In this document: one piece after another, positions 1 through 9,219 of the stretch
How positions within the stretch are numbered: position 1 is the first letter of the stretch
How the letters are laid out: every line of letters begins with the position of its first letter
Source: Patescibacteria group bacterium
GTDB taxonomy: Bacteria > Patescibacteriota > Minisyncoccia > Minisyncoccales > RBG-13-42-11
Direction: 5' to 3'
Assembly (NCBI GenBank): GCA_035529635.1
Contig: DATKWJ010000005.1
Span: 1,424 to 65,423, forward strand
Length of the DNA: 64,000 nucleotides
Notes under the pieces: generated by a model
Databases searched by the model: none
What the model was told of the DNA's origin: nothing
Seen by the model: only the letters and a program-made list of their open reading frames with translations
Made by a program: the position numbers and the translations under genes

Positions 1-63
1 GAGAAGCAGCGATTGGAAGACTTGGATTTCATGTTTCAAAATCTCTATCTGTTGAAGCAGTAA
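1..63 (+). CDS. 3' end of an unidentified upstream gene (partial, ...LKQ*)
   Basis: Open frame from the window edge to TAA at 61-63. No start within the window. Function unknown. Confidence 0.3.
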   Translation, partial: EKQRLEDLDFMFQNLYLLKQ

Positions 64-254
64 AGATCTTTCCGTCTGCGTCAGGGCCGCGGCGGGCTTG
101 GGGACAACAAGAGAAAACGTCAAAAAAAATATTAGCAGAAAGGGAAAAGATTTCGTCATTATTTATATTTATACCTTTTTTAGCCGGAATTTTCAAGAAA
201 ATTTTACAAAATTTATTGAATCAGGCAAATGCCAGTTTCGGTTCAATAAGAATA

Positions 255-291
255 AAAAACCCCTCTTCCGCGAAGAAAAGGGGTATTTTTT
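255..291 (-). terminator. Rho-independent terminator (bidirectional hairpin) downstream of 310..975(-)
   Basis: Inverted repeat cccctctt...aagaaaagggg flanked by A-run and T-run. Lies immediately 3' of the minus-strand gene. Confidence 0.5.
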
Positions 292-309
292 GCCTTAATA
301 AACCCTTGT

Positions 310-975
310 TTAGAAATTCCAAACCTTGCAGCCGGCGCCGAGATACCAGCCATTGTCGACTGTCAGATTTTTGTCTTCACGGAGAGTCATCGGCATTCTG
401 AAACCGTAGCCGGCTTCGAGAGCGATGTCCCAGAGACATAATTCCGCGAACAGCGACATGGAAGTGGAAATGTTGTAGGTATCGTTGTTCTTCTCAATGT
501 TCAAGCTTGGCACTACGGTGGAAAATATCCGTAAAGACCAATTATCGCCGGTGGCGATGTCTGTTCCGACAAAAGGCTGCAGTGAAATACTGTGATGCCT
601 TATCTTGTTGGTAAAGAAACTCTGATCCACCGGACCACTGTCGGTATGTTTAAATTTCCAGAAATCTGTTTCAACTTTGAAATTCTGGTATGACAATCTG
701 ACTTGGCTGTGAACGATCTTGCCCCAGATTCTGTCAGTATTGTCGAGGCGGGCGATGGCGGTAATTTTGAATCCAGGATTCTTTCTTGTTCCATTGTTCA
801 GGGTTTCAAATCCAGCTTGGTCTTTTTGCCAATAACCGGGATTGAACGATGAGCCGGGCATCAGGTTGTAGATTCTCAAATCGAGGCTGGATTTTTCGAC
901 CAGCGTTGTTTCTTCGGCCATGGCCGTGTTTGCCAAGCAGAAGAATACGATGAGGAACAAAGCTGTCCACTTCAT
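310..975 (-). CDS. Secreted hypothetical protein, possible small beta-barrel (OMP-like C-terminus ...KVWNF)
   Basis: 221-aa ORF. N-terminal signal peptide MKWTALFLIVFFCLANTAMA. Alternating hydrophobic pattern and a C-terminal aromatic residue. Confidence 0.6.
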   Translation of the reverse strand: MKWTALFLIVFFCLANTAMAEETTLVEKSSLDLRIYNLMPGSSFNPGYWQKDQAGFETLNNGTRKNPGFKITAIARLDNTDRIWGKIVHSQVRLSYQNFKVETDFWKFKHTDSGPVDQSFFTNKIRHHSISLQPFVGTDIATGDNWSLRIFSTVVPSLNIEKNNDTYNISTSMSLFAELCLWDIALEAGYGFRMPMTLREDKNLTVDNGWYLGAGCKVWNF

Positions 976-1166
976 TACTGACCTCCTGTAGCAGGGGTTT
1001 GAGGGTTAATTAAGTAAAATATTAATGAGCTGATATTGATATCATAACATATTATTTAGTATTTGTCAATAATATAAACTGGTATATTTATTTTTAACGA
1101 AGACTTGATTTTTTAGAAGAAAAAGCGTATTATTAAAGCAGAGATTAAGAGTTTGGATTTATAAGT

Positions 1167-1436
1167 ATGTATAAAAGCATCCAAAGATTTTTAAATAAGG
1201 AACGGTCTTCGGTGATTGTATCTCAAAAAATTACCAAAGAGCAATTTTTATCGGAGCACAATAAATTATCCCCTTCGAATCTGCAGGCCACAACACCTTT
1301 GCTTTCCCGTTTTAAAACGGAAAAATCGTTGCTTTTCAAAGACGAAAGTTGGTCTATAGATAAACTTCGAAGGCCTTTTATCTTATGGCTTACTTCTTTG
1401 ACATCCGGAGAGAAAAAAAAGATCAATAAGGATTAA
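1167..1436 (+). CDS. Hypothetical small protein
   Basis: 89-aa ORF in a long AT-rich intergenic region. No recognisable motifs. Confidence 0.2.
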   Translation: MYKSIQRFLNKERSSVIVSQKITKEQFLSEHNKLSPSNLQATTPLLSRFKTEKSLLFKDESWSIDKLRRPFILWLTSLTSGEKKKINKD

Positions 1437-1638
1437 AAAATATGAAAAATTCAAGCAATCAGAATAAAAATAAAAACAGGAGAAGGCATCGCAAATTGAC
1501 GAAGAAACACAGAGGAAAAATTTCCCCCAAGCAAAGGCACGGAAAGAAAAAGAAATAACGGACTTAAAAGTCGCCAAAGAGGCGGCTTTTTGTTAGAGTA
1601 AGATAAAGGTCGGTTTTAATGATTTCAGAAGTAAAAAT

Positions 1639-2361
1639 ATGAAAAAAACAATAATTCTCGCCTTAGTTCTCGTTTTGAATATTTCAATCGTTTCAATCGC
1701 CGATTCCCAGAATGTCGGGCAGGAGCAGCAAATGCAGGCAGGCCAAGGCCAGCAGATACAGATGCAGACGGAACAGCAAACGCAAAATCAAGGGGAAGAA
1801 ACGAATTTGATGATTCAACAGATAATTCAGCAAAGGATGCAGTGGGAAATACAGAAATTGGACGAGATAAAGGAAACCGTTCAGCAGAGAAAACAGGAAA
1901 TGAATCAGGAAATCCAGCAAATGGAAAAGAGCGAGCAGAAAGTTTATCAGAATCAAAATGAAGTGAGATTAGCCGTTCATTCTTTACTGTCCATGGAGGA
2001 GGTGCTCGGAGGCATAGGACAGCAGGTTTCTCAAATCGCCAAGGAATTCAACAATTCCGTCCAAGCGACCATCAAGGCGGAGGAGAGGATAGAAAACAGA
2101 AATCGGCTGGTGAAATTCTTTACTGGAGGCGATGAAGAAGCGGCCGGAATGCTCGAACAGGAAATGGAAAGAAACGAAATAAGAATCAGGCAACTCATGC
2201 AGTTGTCGGAACAGTGTGCTTGCGGCGATGATGTAAAAGCCGTATTTCAAGAACAGATAATGAAAATGGAACAGGAACAAAGCAGATTACAGCAGATAGC
2301 GCAAGGGGAGAAACAGGCCAAGGGAATATTCGGTTGGTTATTCGGCTGGCTGCGAAAGTAA
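1639..2361 (+). CDS. Secreted Gln/Glu-rich coiled-coil protein, hypothetical
   Basis: 240 aa with a signal peptide. Highly Q/E-rich heptad-like sequence. Hydrophobic C-terminal GIFGWLFGWLRK. Confidence 0.6.
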   Translation: MKKTIILALVLVLNISIVSIADSQNVGQEQQMQAGQGQQIQMQTEQQTQNQGEETNLMIQQIIQQRMQWEIQKLDEIKETVQQRKQEMNQEIQQMEKSEQKVYQNQNEVRLAVHSLLSMEEVLGGIGQQVSQIAKEFNNSVQATIKAEERIENRNRLVKFFTGGDEEAAGMLEQEMERNEIRIRQLMQLSEQCACGDDVKAVFQEQIMKMEQEQSRLQQIAQGEKQAKGIFGWLFGWLRK

Positions 2362-2386
2362 GATATTTTGAAAGATTTCAGTTTTG

Positions 2387-2419
2387 AACTCGCCTTGAAA
2401 AAGGCGAGTTTTCTTTCTT
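2387..2419 (+). terminator. Rho-independent terminator
   Basis: Hairpin aactcgcctt-gaaaa-aggcgagtt followed by a T-rich tract. Confidence 0.6.
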
Positions 2420-2486
2420 GTTTTGAATAGAAATTAATTATAACAATTGCTTTTTCTCTGATTTTTAGCTATTCTTCTAAAAAAGG

Positions 2487-3254
2487 TTGAAATATGAAAT
2501 TCAAATAAATATGACAAAAACAAAAAAAGCAATTTCAATCGTTTTTATCCTCGTCGTTATCCTGGCGGTTTATTATTGGAAGCCGAGAACGGAAACAAAG
2601 GAATTATTGACGCCGAGCCAAACGGTTGAGAATTTTTACAGCGAATGGCTGTCTTATTCAGGAGAACCTCCGACGAGAAATCCGATGGCTGATAAAATAT
2701 ACCGATCAAGCGATTACGTGACGGAAAAACTGATACAAAGATTGGATAATAACATTTCAGCCGAGGAAACGGGTGATTACGACCGCGTGCTCTGCAGTCA
2801 GAAAATACCGGAAAAGATTGAATTAAGAGAATCTTTTATCAAAGAGGGAGAAGCGGAAATTATTGTTATTGAAGATTTCTGGGGACAATTGAAAGAGATA
2901 ACAGTGTCTTTAAAACTGACAGATGGAGAATGGAAAATAGACAAAATAACTTGTCCCGTGGCGGCTGATACTGATTCTAGCAGCCAATTGCCGAATCCGG
3001 CTTCCGTAAATTGCGCAGAACAAGGCGGCAATTTGGAAATCAGGACGGAAGTTGACGGCAGCCAGCGAGGATTTTGCATTTTCAGCGACGGTTCGGAATG
3101 CGAAGAATGGCAATTTTTCAGGGGAGAGTGCGAAAAAGGAAGCATTTTTTGCAAAGATTTATGCGGTGACGGAATCTGTCAGGAAATTGTTTGCCTGGCA
3201 ATCGGCTGTTCTTGCGCCGAAACGCCGGAAACTTGTCTCAAAGATTGCCGATAA
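2487..3254 (+). CDS. Membrane-anchored protein with C-terminal Cys-rich DUF333 (putative hemolysin-like) domain
   Basis: 255 aa with an N-terminal TM helix. C-terminus NCAEQGGNL...CIFSDGSECEEWQFFRGEC resembles DUF333. Confidence 0.6.
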   Translation: MKYEIQINMTKTKKAISIVFILVVILAVYYWKPRTETKELLTPSQTVENFYSEWLSYSGEPPTRNPMADKIYRSSDYVTEKLIQRLDNNISAEETGDYDRVLCSQKIPEKIELRESFIKEGEAEIIVIEDFWGQLKEITVSLKLTDGEWKIDKITCPVAADTDSSSQLPNPASVNCAEQGGNLEIRTEVDGSQRGFCIFSDGSECEEWQFFRGECEKGSIFCKDLCGDGICQEIVCLAIGCSCAETPETCLKDCR

Positions 3255-3284
3255 CAACCGTTAATCCGGTTTTGAGTTAATGAT

Positions 3285-3311
3285 AAAAAATCGCCAAACA
3301 GGCGATTTTTT
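3285..3311 (+). terminator. Rho-independent terminator
   Basis: aaaaaatcgcc-aaaca-ggcgatttttt. Confidence 0.6.
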
Positions 3312-3319
3312 GATAGAAT
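3311..3319 (+). promoter_or_regulatory. Extended -10 promoter element TGaTAGAAT, 10 nt upstream of rarA ATG
   Basis: The same 15-mer ttttttgatagaata recurs at 9196..9210, also directly after a terminator and about 10 nt before a start codon. Confidence 0.35.
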
Positions 3320-3329
3320 AAAGGCAATC

Positions 3330-4457
3330 ATGGAACCCTTAGCTTCAAAAATAAGACCTAAAACTTTAAAAGAATTCATGGGCCAGGAGCATTTGGTGGG
3401 CAAAGGCCAGCCTTTGAATATCGCTATAGAACAAAATCATCTGTTTTCTTTTATCCTTTGGGGTCCTCCGGGAACTGGAAAAACCACTTTGGCGAAAATA
3501 TACGCCAGCAATTTAAAGGCGAACCTTTACGAATTATCGGCGGTTTCAGCCGGCAAAGCGGATATCAAAAAAATAGCGGCCGAAGACAGTCAAGGACGAC
3601 CCAAAGTTTTGTTTTTAGATGAAATCCACCGCTTTAACAAATCCCAGCAGGATTTTCTGCTGCCGCTGGTAGAAAAAGGAGAAATAACTTTAATAGGAGC
3701 TACCACGGAAAATCCGAGTTTTGAAATAATTCCGCCCTTGCTTTCGCGTTGCCGGGTTTTTGTTTTAAACGAGCTCTCCGAAGAAGAGATGTCGGCCATT
3801 ATCAAACGGACCAAATTCAAGCTGGATAAGAAAGCCAAGGATTGGCTGATTGCCATGGCCAATGGGGATGCCAGGCAAGCCATCACCATGCTGGAAAACG
3901 CCTCGCGTTTTTACAAAGAAATCACTGTGGAAAGCCTAAAAAAGACCCTCCAGTCTAAATTTTTAAGATACGATAAGCAGGGAGAAGAGCATTACAACAC
4001 CATTTCGGCCTTTATCAAAAGTATGCGGGCCTCCCAGCCGAATGCCGCTCTCTATTATTTGGCCAGAATGATAGACAGCGGGGAAGACCCCAAGTTCATT
4101 GCCAGAAGAATGGTTATTTTCGCCTCGGAAGACATCGGCCTGGCCCAGCCCACGGCTTTGGTGGTAGCCAACGACGTTTTCCGGGCAGTGGAGATGATCG
4201 GTTTACCGGAATGCGGCATCAATCTAGCTCATGGCACGGCCTATTTATGCCAATGTAAAAAAAACAGAAGTGCCTATGAAGCTTACGTCAAAGCTATGGA
4301 AGACGTCAAAAAATACGGCAATCTGCCGATTCCTTTATCATTGCGCAACGCGCCAACCAAACTGATGGAGGAATTGAATTACGGCAAGGGATACGAAAAA
4401 TACAGCCAAGAAGATTTTCTGCCGGACAAGCTGAAAGGTAAAAAATATTTAAAATAA
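3330..4457 (+). CDS. rarA: Replication-associated recombination protein A (AAA+ ATPase, RarA/MgsA)
   Basis: Walker [12 protein letters not shown]. Walker [16 protein letters not shown]. The C-terminal MgsA-type helical domain is present. Confidence 0.85.
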   Translation: MEPLASKIRPKTLKEFMGQEHLVGKGQPLNIAIEQNHLFSFILWGPPGTGKTTLAKIYASNLKANLYELSAVSAGKADIKKIAAEDSQGRPKVLFLDEIHRFNKSQQDFLLPLVEKGEITLIGATTENPSFEIIPPLLSRCRVFVLNELSEEEMSAIIKRTKFKLDKKAKDWLIAMANGDARQAITMLENASRFYKEITVESLKKTLQSKFLRYDKQGEEHYNTISAFIKSMRASQPNAALYYLARMIDSGEDPKFIARRMVIFASEDIGLAQPTALVVANDVFRAVEMIGLPECGINLAHGTAYLCQCKKNRSAYEAYVKAMEDVKKYGNLPIPLSLRNAPTKLMEELNYGKGYEKYSQEDFLPDKLKGKKYLK

Positions 4458-4470
4458 TCATTACAATCAT

Positions 4471-5415
4471 ATGAATAACAAAAAAATCATTTTCGCGCTG
4501 ATAATTATCGTTCTAGGGGGAGCCGCATTGTATTTTATTGAATTTAAACCGGCAGAGGAGCCGATCTCCGGCATTGACAGTTTTGAAGAATGTGCCAACG
4601 CCGACTATCCGGTCTTGGAAAGCTATCCCAGGCAGTGCAAAACGCCGGACGGCAGAACGTTTGCGGAAGATATCGGCAACGAATTGGAAAAGTCCGATCT
4701 AATAAGAATAAGCGTTCCCCGTCCCAACCAGATTATTCAAAGTCCACTTATTATTAAAGGAGAAGCCAGGGGATTCTGGTTTTTTGAAGCAAGTTTTCCC
4801 GTCAAACTGTTAGATGAAAACGGCCAGTTGCTGGCTTCGGCCGTAGCTTATGTCCAGGAAGATTGGATGACCGAGGATTTCATTCCTTTTGAGGCCGAAA
4901 TCCTTTTCGAGCGGCCGGCCGCGGAAAAAGGAACGCTTGTTTTGGAAAAAGACAATCCTTCGGGTTTGCCGGAAAATGCCGATGAATTGAGATTGCCGGT
5001 AAAATTCGGAGAAGCGGCGGCTGCGGAAACAATGACGATAAAAGCGTATTTCAACAACGACAGGCTGGATCCGGAATTTTCCTGCAATAAAGTTTTCCCG
5101 GTGGAAAGAGAAATTCCTGAAACACAGGCAGTCGCCCGGGCCGCTTTGGAAGAATTATTAAAAGGCCCGACGGAAGAAGAAAAGTCGGCAGGATTCTTCA
5201 CCAGCATCAATCCCGGCGTAAAAATCCAAAAATTAAGTATTGAAAACGGAACGCTCAAAGTCGATTTTGACGAACAGTTAGAATTCCAGGTTGGCGGCTC
5301 ATGTCGCGTTTCAGCTATCAGGGCTCAGATTACCCAGACCCTTAAGCAATTTTCGACCGTGAACGAAGTGATAATTTCCGTCAACGGCCGGACGGAAGAT
5401 ATTCTGCAGCCCTGA
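4471..5415 (+). CDS. Gmad2 Ig-like plus GerMN domain protein (germination/sporulation-related lipoprotein-like)
   Basis: 314 aa with an N-terminal TM/signal anchor. Central Gmad2-like region. C-terminal GerMN-like segment (PETQAVARAALEELLKGPTEEEK...). Confidence 0.65.
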   Translation: MNNKKIIFALIIIVLGGAALYFIEFKPAEEPISGIDSFEECANADYPVLESYPRQCKTPDGRTFAEDIGNELEKSDLIRISVPRPNQIIQSPLIIKGEARGFWFFEASFPVKLLDENGQLLASAVAYVQEDWMTEDFIPFEAEILFERPAAEKGTLVLEKDNPSGLPENADELRLPVKFGEAAAAETMTIKAYFNNDRLDPEFSCNKVFPVEREIPETQAVARAALEELLKGPTEEEKSAGFFTSINPGVKIQKLSIENGTLKVDFDEQLEFQVGGSCRVSAIRAQITQTLKQFSTVNEVIISVNGRTEDILQP

Positions 5416-5442
5416 AGCAAAATTTTAGAATAGGGAGTTTTT

Positions 5443-7977
5443 ATGAATTTTTCCGAATATACAACCAAAGAAATCGAAGAAGTTTTCCATAATCTGAAAA
5501 CTTCCAAGAGCGGCCTTTCCGAGGAAGAGGCGAAAAAACGCCTGCAAAATTGCGGTCTTAACGAAGTCAAAACCAAAAAAGTCGGTTTGCTGGATATTTT
5601 TTTCAGGCAGTTCAAATCGCCGTTTTTTTATCTTCTTTTTGTCGCTTCGGTCATCGCTTTTTTAATTGGCGAGAAAATCGACGGGTCTTTGATTCTGTTT
5701 TTCGTTTTTATCAATGTTTTCTTGGGATTTTTTCAAGAAGCCAAAGCCCAGAAAGCGGTTTTTCTTTTGAAAAAATATCTTCCTTTGACGGCCAGGGTTT
5801 TAAGAGAAGGAAAAGAAAAAATCATCAATAAAACTTTACTGGTTCCCGGAGACATAGTTTTACTCGAACCGGGCAATATCGTCCCGGCCGATTTAAGAAT
5901 TAGCAAAGTTCAGGACTTTTTAGCCGACGAGTCGATTTTAACCGGCGAGCCGTTTCCCGTCGGTAAAACCGCCGGGCCGCTAGTAGAAGAAACAAAAGAG
6001 ATTTTCAAGGCGAAAAACGTCCTTTTTGCCGGCACTTCCATAATCTCCGGGGAAGCCGAAGGAATAGTAATCGCTACGGCCAAAAAGACGGTTTTCGGCG
6101 AAATCGCCAAATTAGCCGCGGAAATTCCCAAGGAAAGCGTTTACGAAAAAAATATTCTCAAATTATCACGAATTATCTTGAGAATAGTCGTGGTAACGAT
6201 TGTTTTTATCTTCCTGGTCAATTTGGCAGTCAAAGGAACAGCGAATTTATTCGATTTCTTGATTTTTTCCATCGCTTTGGTAGTTAGTATCATTCCCGAG
6301 GCCTTGCCGCTGGTGGTGACTTTTTCCCTTTCCAACGGAGCTTTGAAATTGGCCAAAGAAAAAGTGGTCGTCAAAAGATTGTCGGCCGTGGAAGATTTGG
6401 GCGATATTGAAATTTTATGCACCGACAAGACCGGCACGCTGACCGAAAATAAACTTGAAATGGAAAGCGTTTATTCTCAAGACCGAGAGAAATGCCTGTT
6501 ATACGGACTTTTGTCTTCTTCGTACGTTGAAGAAGAGATTGAATCGGCTCTTAATCCTTTCGATTCTGCCGTTTTTGAAAAAGCTTCCGGAAAAATACGC
6601 AATTCTTTGAAAGATTTCCGGACGGTTGCCGAAATCCCTTTCAATACTCTAAGGCTCAGAAACAGCGCTCTTTTGGAAGACAAGAATAAAAATTTGATTT
6701 TAATCGTCAAAGGGGCGCCGGAAACCATTCTCGATTTGTCTTCGAAAATCGAAGGCGGACAAAGCCGGGAAATCCTCAAAGAAGAGATAAAAAAACAAGG
6801 CGAAGCCGGCAGAAGAATTTTGGCCGTGGCTTTCAAACCCTTAGCCAAGCCGGTTTTTTCCGAAGAGGACGAGAAAGGCCTGAATTTTTTGGGTTATTTT
6901 TCTTTCGCCGACCCGCTTAAAAAAACGGCCAAAAACGCCGTCCGCTTGTCTAAAGAATTGAACCTTAAAATTAAAATTTTGACGGGAGACGGCAAAGAAG
7001 TGGCCGGCCGGGTGGCAAAGGAGATAAAATTGATTGAAGACGCTGGCCAGGTTATTTCGGGGGAAACTTTGAATTCTCTGTTGCCGGAAGATTTTGAAAA
7101 AGCTTGTGAAGAATTTTCGGTTTTCGCCAGAATTTCCCCTCAAACGAAATACAAAATAATCGAGGCGCTTCAAAAAAAATACGAAGTCGGGTTCCTGGGG
7201 GAAGGGATTAACGACGTGCCGGCTCTGAAAGCCGCCAATCTGGCCATAGCCGTCAAGGGAGCTGCCGACATTTCCCGGGAAGTTTCGGATATCGTTTTAC
7301 TCAAAAAAGACCTTAAGGTTATTGTCAACGGCGTCAAAGAGGGAAGGCGCATTTTTTCCAATACGAACAAATACATCAAATGTACTTTGGCCAGCAATTT
7401 CGGGAATTTTTATTCGATAGCTTTGATTTCTTTAATGATTCCGTTTCTGCCCATGCTGCCGACCCAAATTCTATTGGTCAATCTTTTGTCTGATTTTCCC
7501 TTAATCAGCGTGGCTTCTGACAAAATCGATACTGAAGAATCGAAAAGACCGAAACTTTATCTCTTAAATAAAATCTTTCTGCTTATTGTTCTGCTGGCTT
7601 TGGTCAGTTTTGTTTTTGACTTTATCTTTTTCGGCATTTTCTATAAAAGTCAGCCGGCTCTCCTGCAAACCCTTTGGTTTATTGAAAGCGTTTTAACGGA
7701 AATCGTGCTTATATTTTCCGTCAGAACTTCGCATTTTTTCCTGAAGGCGAGGAGACCCAGTTTTCTTTTAACGTTTTTTTCCGCTGCCGTTTTTCTGACG
7801 ACCGTTCTTCTGCCTTTTACGAATTTCGGCCAAGAAATTTTCCATTTTACTTCCCCTCCGCTGCCGGCCCTGTTGATTGTTTTTTCGTTAGTTTTGGTTT
7901 ATTTTGTAATCAGCGAAGCGGTGAAATTGATTTATTTCCGGCGGTTTAAACTGAATCATGATAAAAAATTTGCTTAA
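5443..7977 (+). CDS. Cation-transporting P-type ATPase (P2/P3-type, Mg2+/Ca2+-like)
   Basis: 844 aa. Phosphorylation motif CTDKTGTLT, TGD, hinge GEGINDVPALKAANLAIAV, and about 10 TM segments. Confidence 0.85.
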   Translation: MNFSEYTTKEIEEVFHNLKTSKSGLSEEEAKKRLQNCGLNEVKTKKVGLLDIFFRQFKSPFFYLLFVASVIAFLIGEKIDGSLILFFVFINVFLGFFQEAKAQKAVFLLKKYLPLTARVLREGKEKIINKTLLVPGDIVLLEPGNIVPADLRISKVQDFLADESILTGEPFPVGKTAGPLVEETKEIFKAKNVLFAGTSIISGEAEGIVIATAKKTVFGEIAKLAAEIPKESVYEKNILKLSRIILRIVVVTIVFIFLVNLAVKGTANLFDFLIFSIALVVSIIPEALPLVVTFSLSNGALKLAKEKVVVKRLSAVEDLGDIEILCTDKTGTLTENKLEMESVYSQDREKCLLYGLLSSSYVEEEIESALNPFDSAVFEKASGKIRNSLKDFRTVAEIPFNTLRLRNSALLEDKNKNLILIVKGAPETILDLSSKIEGGQSREILKEEIKKQGEAGRRILAVAFKPLAKPVFSEEDEKGLNFLGYFSFADPLKKTAKNAVRLSKELNLKIKILTGDGKEVAGRVAKEIKLIEDAGQVISGETLNSLLPEDFEKACEEFSVFARISPQTKYKIIEALQKKYEVGFLGEGINDVPALKAANLAIAVKGAADISREVSDIVLLKKDLKVIVNGVKEGRRIFSNTNKYIKCTLASNFGNFYSIALISLMIPFLPMLPTQILLVNLLSDFPLISVASDKIDTEESKRPKLYLLNKIFLLIVLLALVSFVFDFIFFGIFYKSQPALLQTLWFIESVLTEIVLIFSVRTSHFFLKARRPSFLLTFFSAAVFLTTVLLPFTNFGQEIFHFTSPPLPALLIVFSLVLVYFVISEAVKLIYFRRFKLNHDKKFA

Positions 7978-8659
7978 AATCGAGAAAAACGGAAAATTTT
8001 ATTTTTATTTCAATCTGATTCTCAGGATTATTCTGATTTTAGCTTTTGCCGCCTCTTTCTGGGAACAGAACTGGCTGAACGTTTTTCTCAGTTTTCTGAC
8101 TTTTATTCTGACGTTTATCCCTTCGTTCATCCAAAGCAGGCACAAGATAAATCTGCCAGGGGAAATCCAGGTTTTGATCGTATTATTTTTGTATGCGGGC
8201 ATTTTTCTGGGAGGGGTGCAGGAGTTTTATTACAAATTCTGGTGGTGGAGTTATCTTTTACATGCTTTAAGCGGGCTCGGTCTGGGTCTGGCCGGATTTC
8301 TGATCTTGTATTCTCTCCATCAGAGCGGAAAATTGGCTGTCAGTCCTTTTTTAATCGTTTTATTTTCTTTTAGTTTCGCCTTGACTATGGGAATACTATG
8401 GGAAATTTTCGAGTTCGGCATGGATTCTTTTTTCGGTTTCAATATGCAAAAAGCGAGAAATCTGGAGGAAGCTTACGGCTATTTCGAAACGAGGTTCGGG
8501 CTGCTGGACACTATGTGGGATTTGATTTTGGACGCTTTGGGTGCTTTGGCCGCCGCCGCAGCCGGCTTTCTTTATCTTAAGAAGAAAGAAGTTTTTTTGT
8601 TTGACAAGCTGGTGGAAAAATTCAAAAAAAACAACCCCGGACTTTTTAAGCGGGGATAA
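7958..8659 (+). CDS. Hypothetical polytopic membrane protein
   Basis: 233 aa with 5-6 predicted TM helices. Overlaps the ATPase stop by 20 nt. Confidence 0.5.
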   Translation: MIKNLLKIEKNGKFYFYFNLILRIILILAFAASFWEQNWLNVFLSFLTFILTFIPSFIQSRHKINLPGEIQVLIVLFLYAGIFLGGVQEFYYKFWWWSYLLHALSGLGLGLAGFLILYSLHQSGKLAVSPFLIVLFSFSFALTMGILWEIFEFGMDSFFGFNMQKARNLEEAYGYFETRFGLLDTMWDLILDALGALAAAAAGFLYLKKKEVFLFDKLVEKFKKNNPGLFKRG

Positions 8660-8668
8660 GCGGTCGTC

Positions 8669-8697
8669 TTGACTTCCGGCCGGCGGCAATATATTAT
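8669..8697 (+). promoter_or_regulatory. Sigma70-like promoter TTGACT-N17-TATTAT upstream of the RRM protein gene
   Basis: -35 at 8669-8674 and -10 at 8692-8697. About 125-nt 5'UTR before the ATG at 8824. Confidence 0.4.
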
Positions 8698-8823
8698 GGA
8701 ACGGTAAGTTTCTTATTTTTAAACGGATAATCAAGGCATAAAAAAGTTTTCTTGCCTTTCGTGCGTTTTCAGAAAATAAGATGGTCGGCTTACTCGTTCA
8801 GTTATAAGAAAATAAAAAACGTT

Positions 8824-9153
8824 ATGGCGAAAAAATTATACGTAGGCAGCCTGTCTTATGAGACGACCGAGAATACTTTGCGCGAGGCTTTTTCCAAAGC
8901 CGGCCAAGTGGAATCGGTGGCCATTATCATCGATAAAATGTCCGGACGTTCAAAAGGATTCGGTTTCGTTGAAATGTCTTCCGATGAAGAGGCTCAGAAA
9001 GCCATTGAGATGTTCAATGAGAAAGAGCTCGACGGCCGTAAAATCATGGTCAATGAAGCTCGTCCCATGGAATCCCGCCCGCAAAGAGGCGGAGGAGGAT
9101 TCAATCGCGGCAATCGGGGAGGTTTCGGCGGCGGCCGCAGAGACAACTGGTAA
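8824..9153 (+). CDS. RRM (RNP-1) RNA-binding protein with Gly/Arg-rich C-terminal tail
   Basis: RNP-2 KLYVGSL and RNP-1 KGFGFVEM. C-terminal RGGGGFNRGNRGGFGGGRR. Start chosen at the internal ATG (MAKKLYVG). Confidence 0.8.
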   Translation: MAKKLYVGSLSYETTENTLREAFSKAGQVESVAIIIDKMSGRSKGFGFVEMSSDEEAQKAIEMFNEKELDGRKIMVNEARPMESRPQRGGGGFNRGNRGGFGGGRRDNW

Positions 9154-9174
9154 TATTTTATCATTCGAAATCCG

Positions 9175-9202
9175 CAAAAAATCGCCTTTTAGGCGGTTTT
9201 TT
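9175..9202 (+). terminator. Rho-independent terminator
   Basis: aaaaaatcgcc-tttta-ggcggtttttt. Confidence 0.6.
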
Positions 9203-9210
9203 GATAGAAT
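9202..9210 (+). promoter_or_regulatory. Extended -10 element TGaTAGAAT, 10 nt upstream of the HAD gene ATG
   Basis: Identical module to 3311..3319. Confidence 0.35.
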
Positions 9211-9219
9211 AGACAAAGT

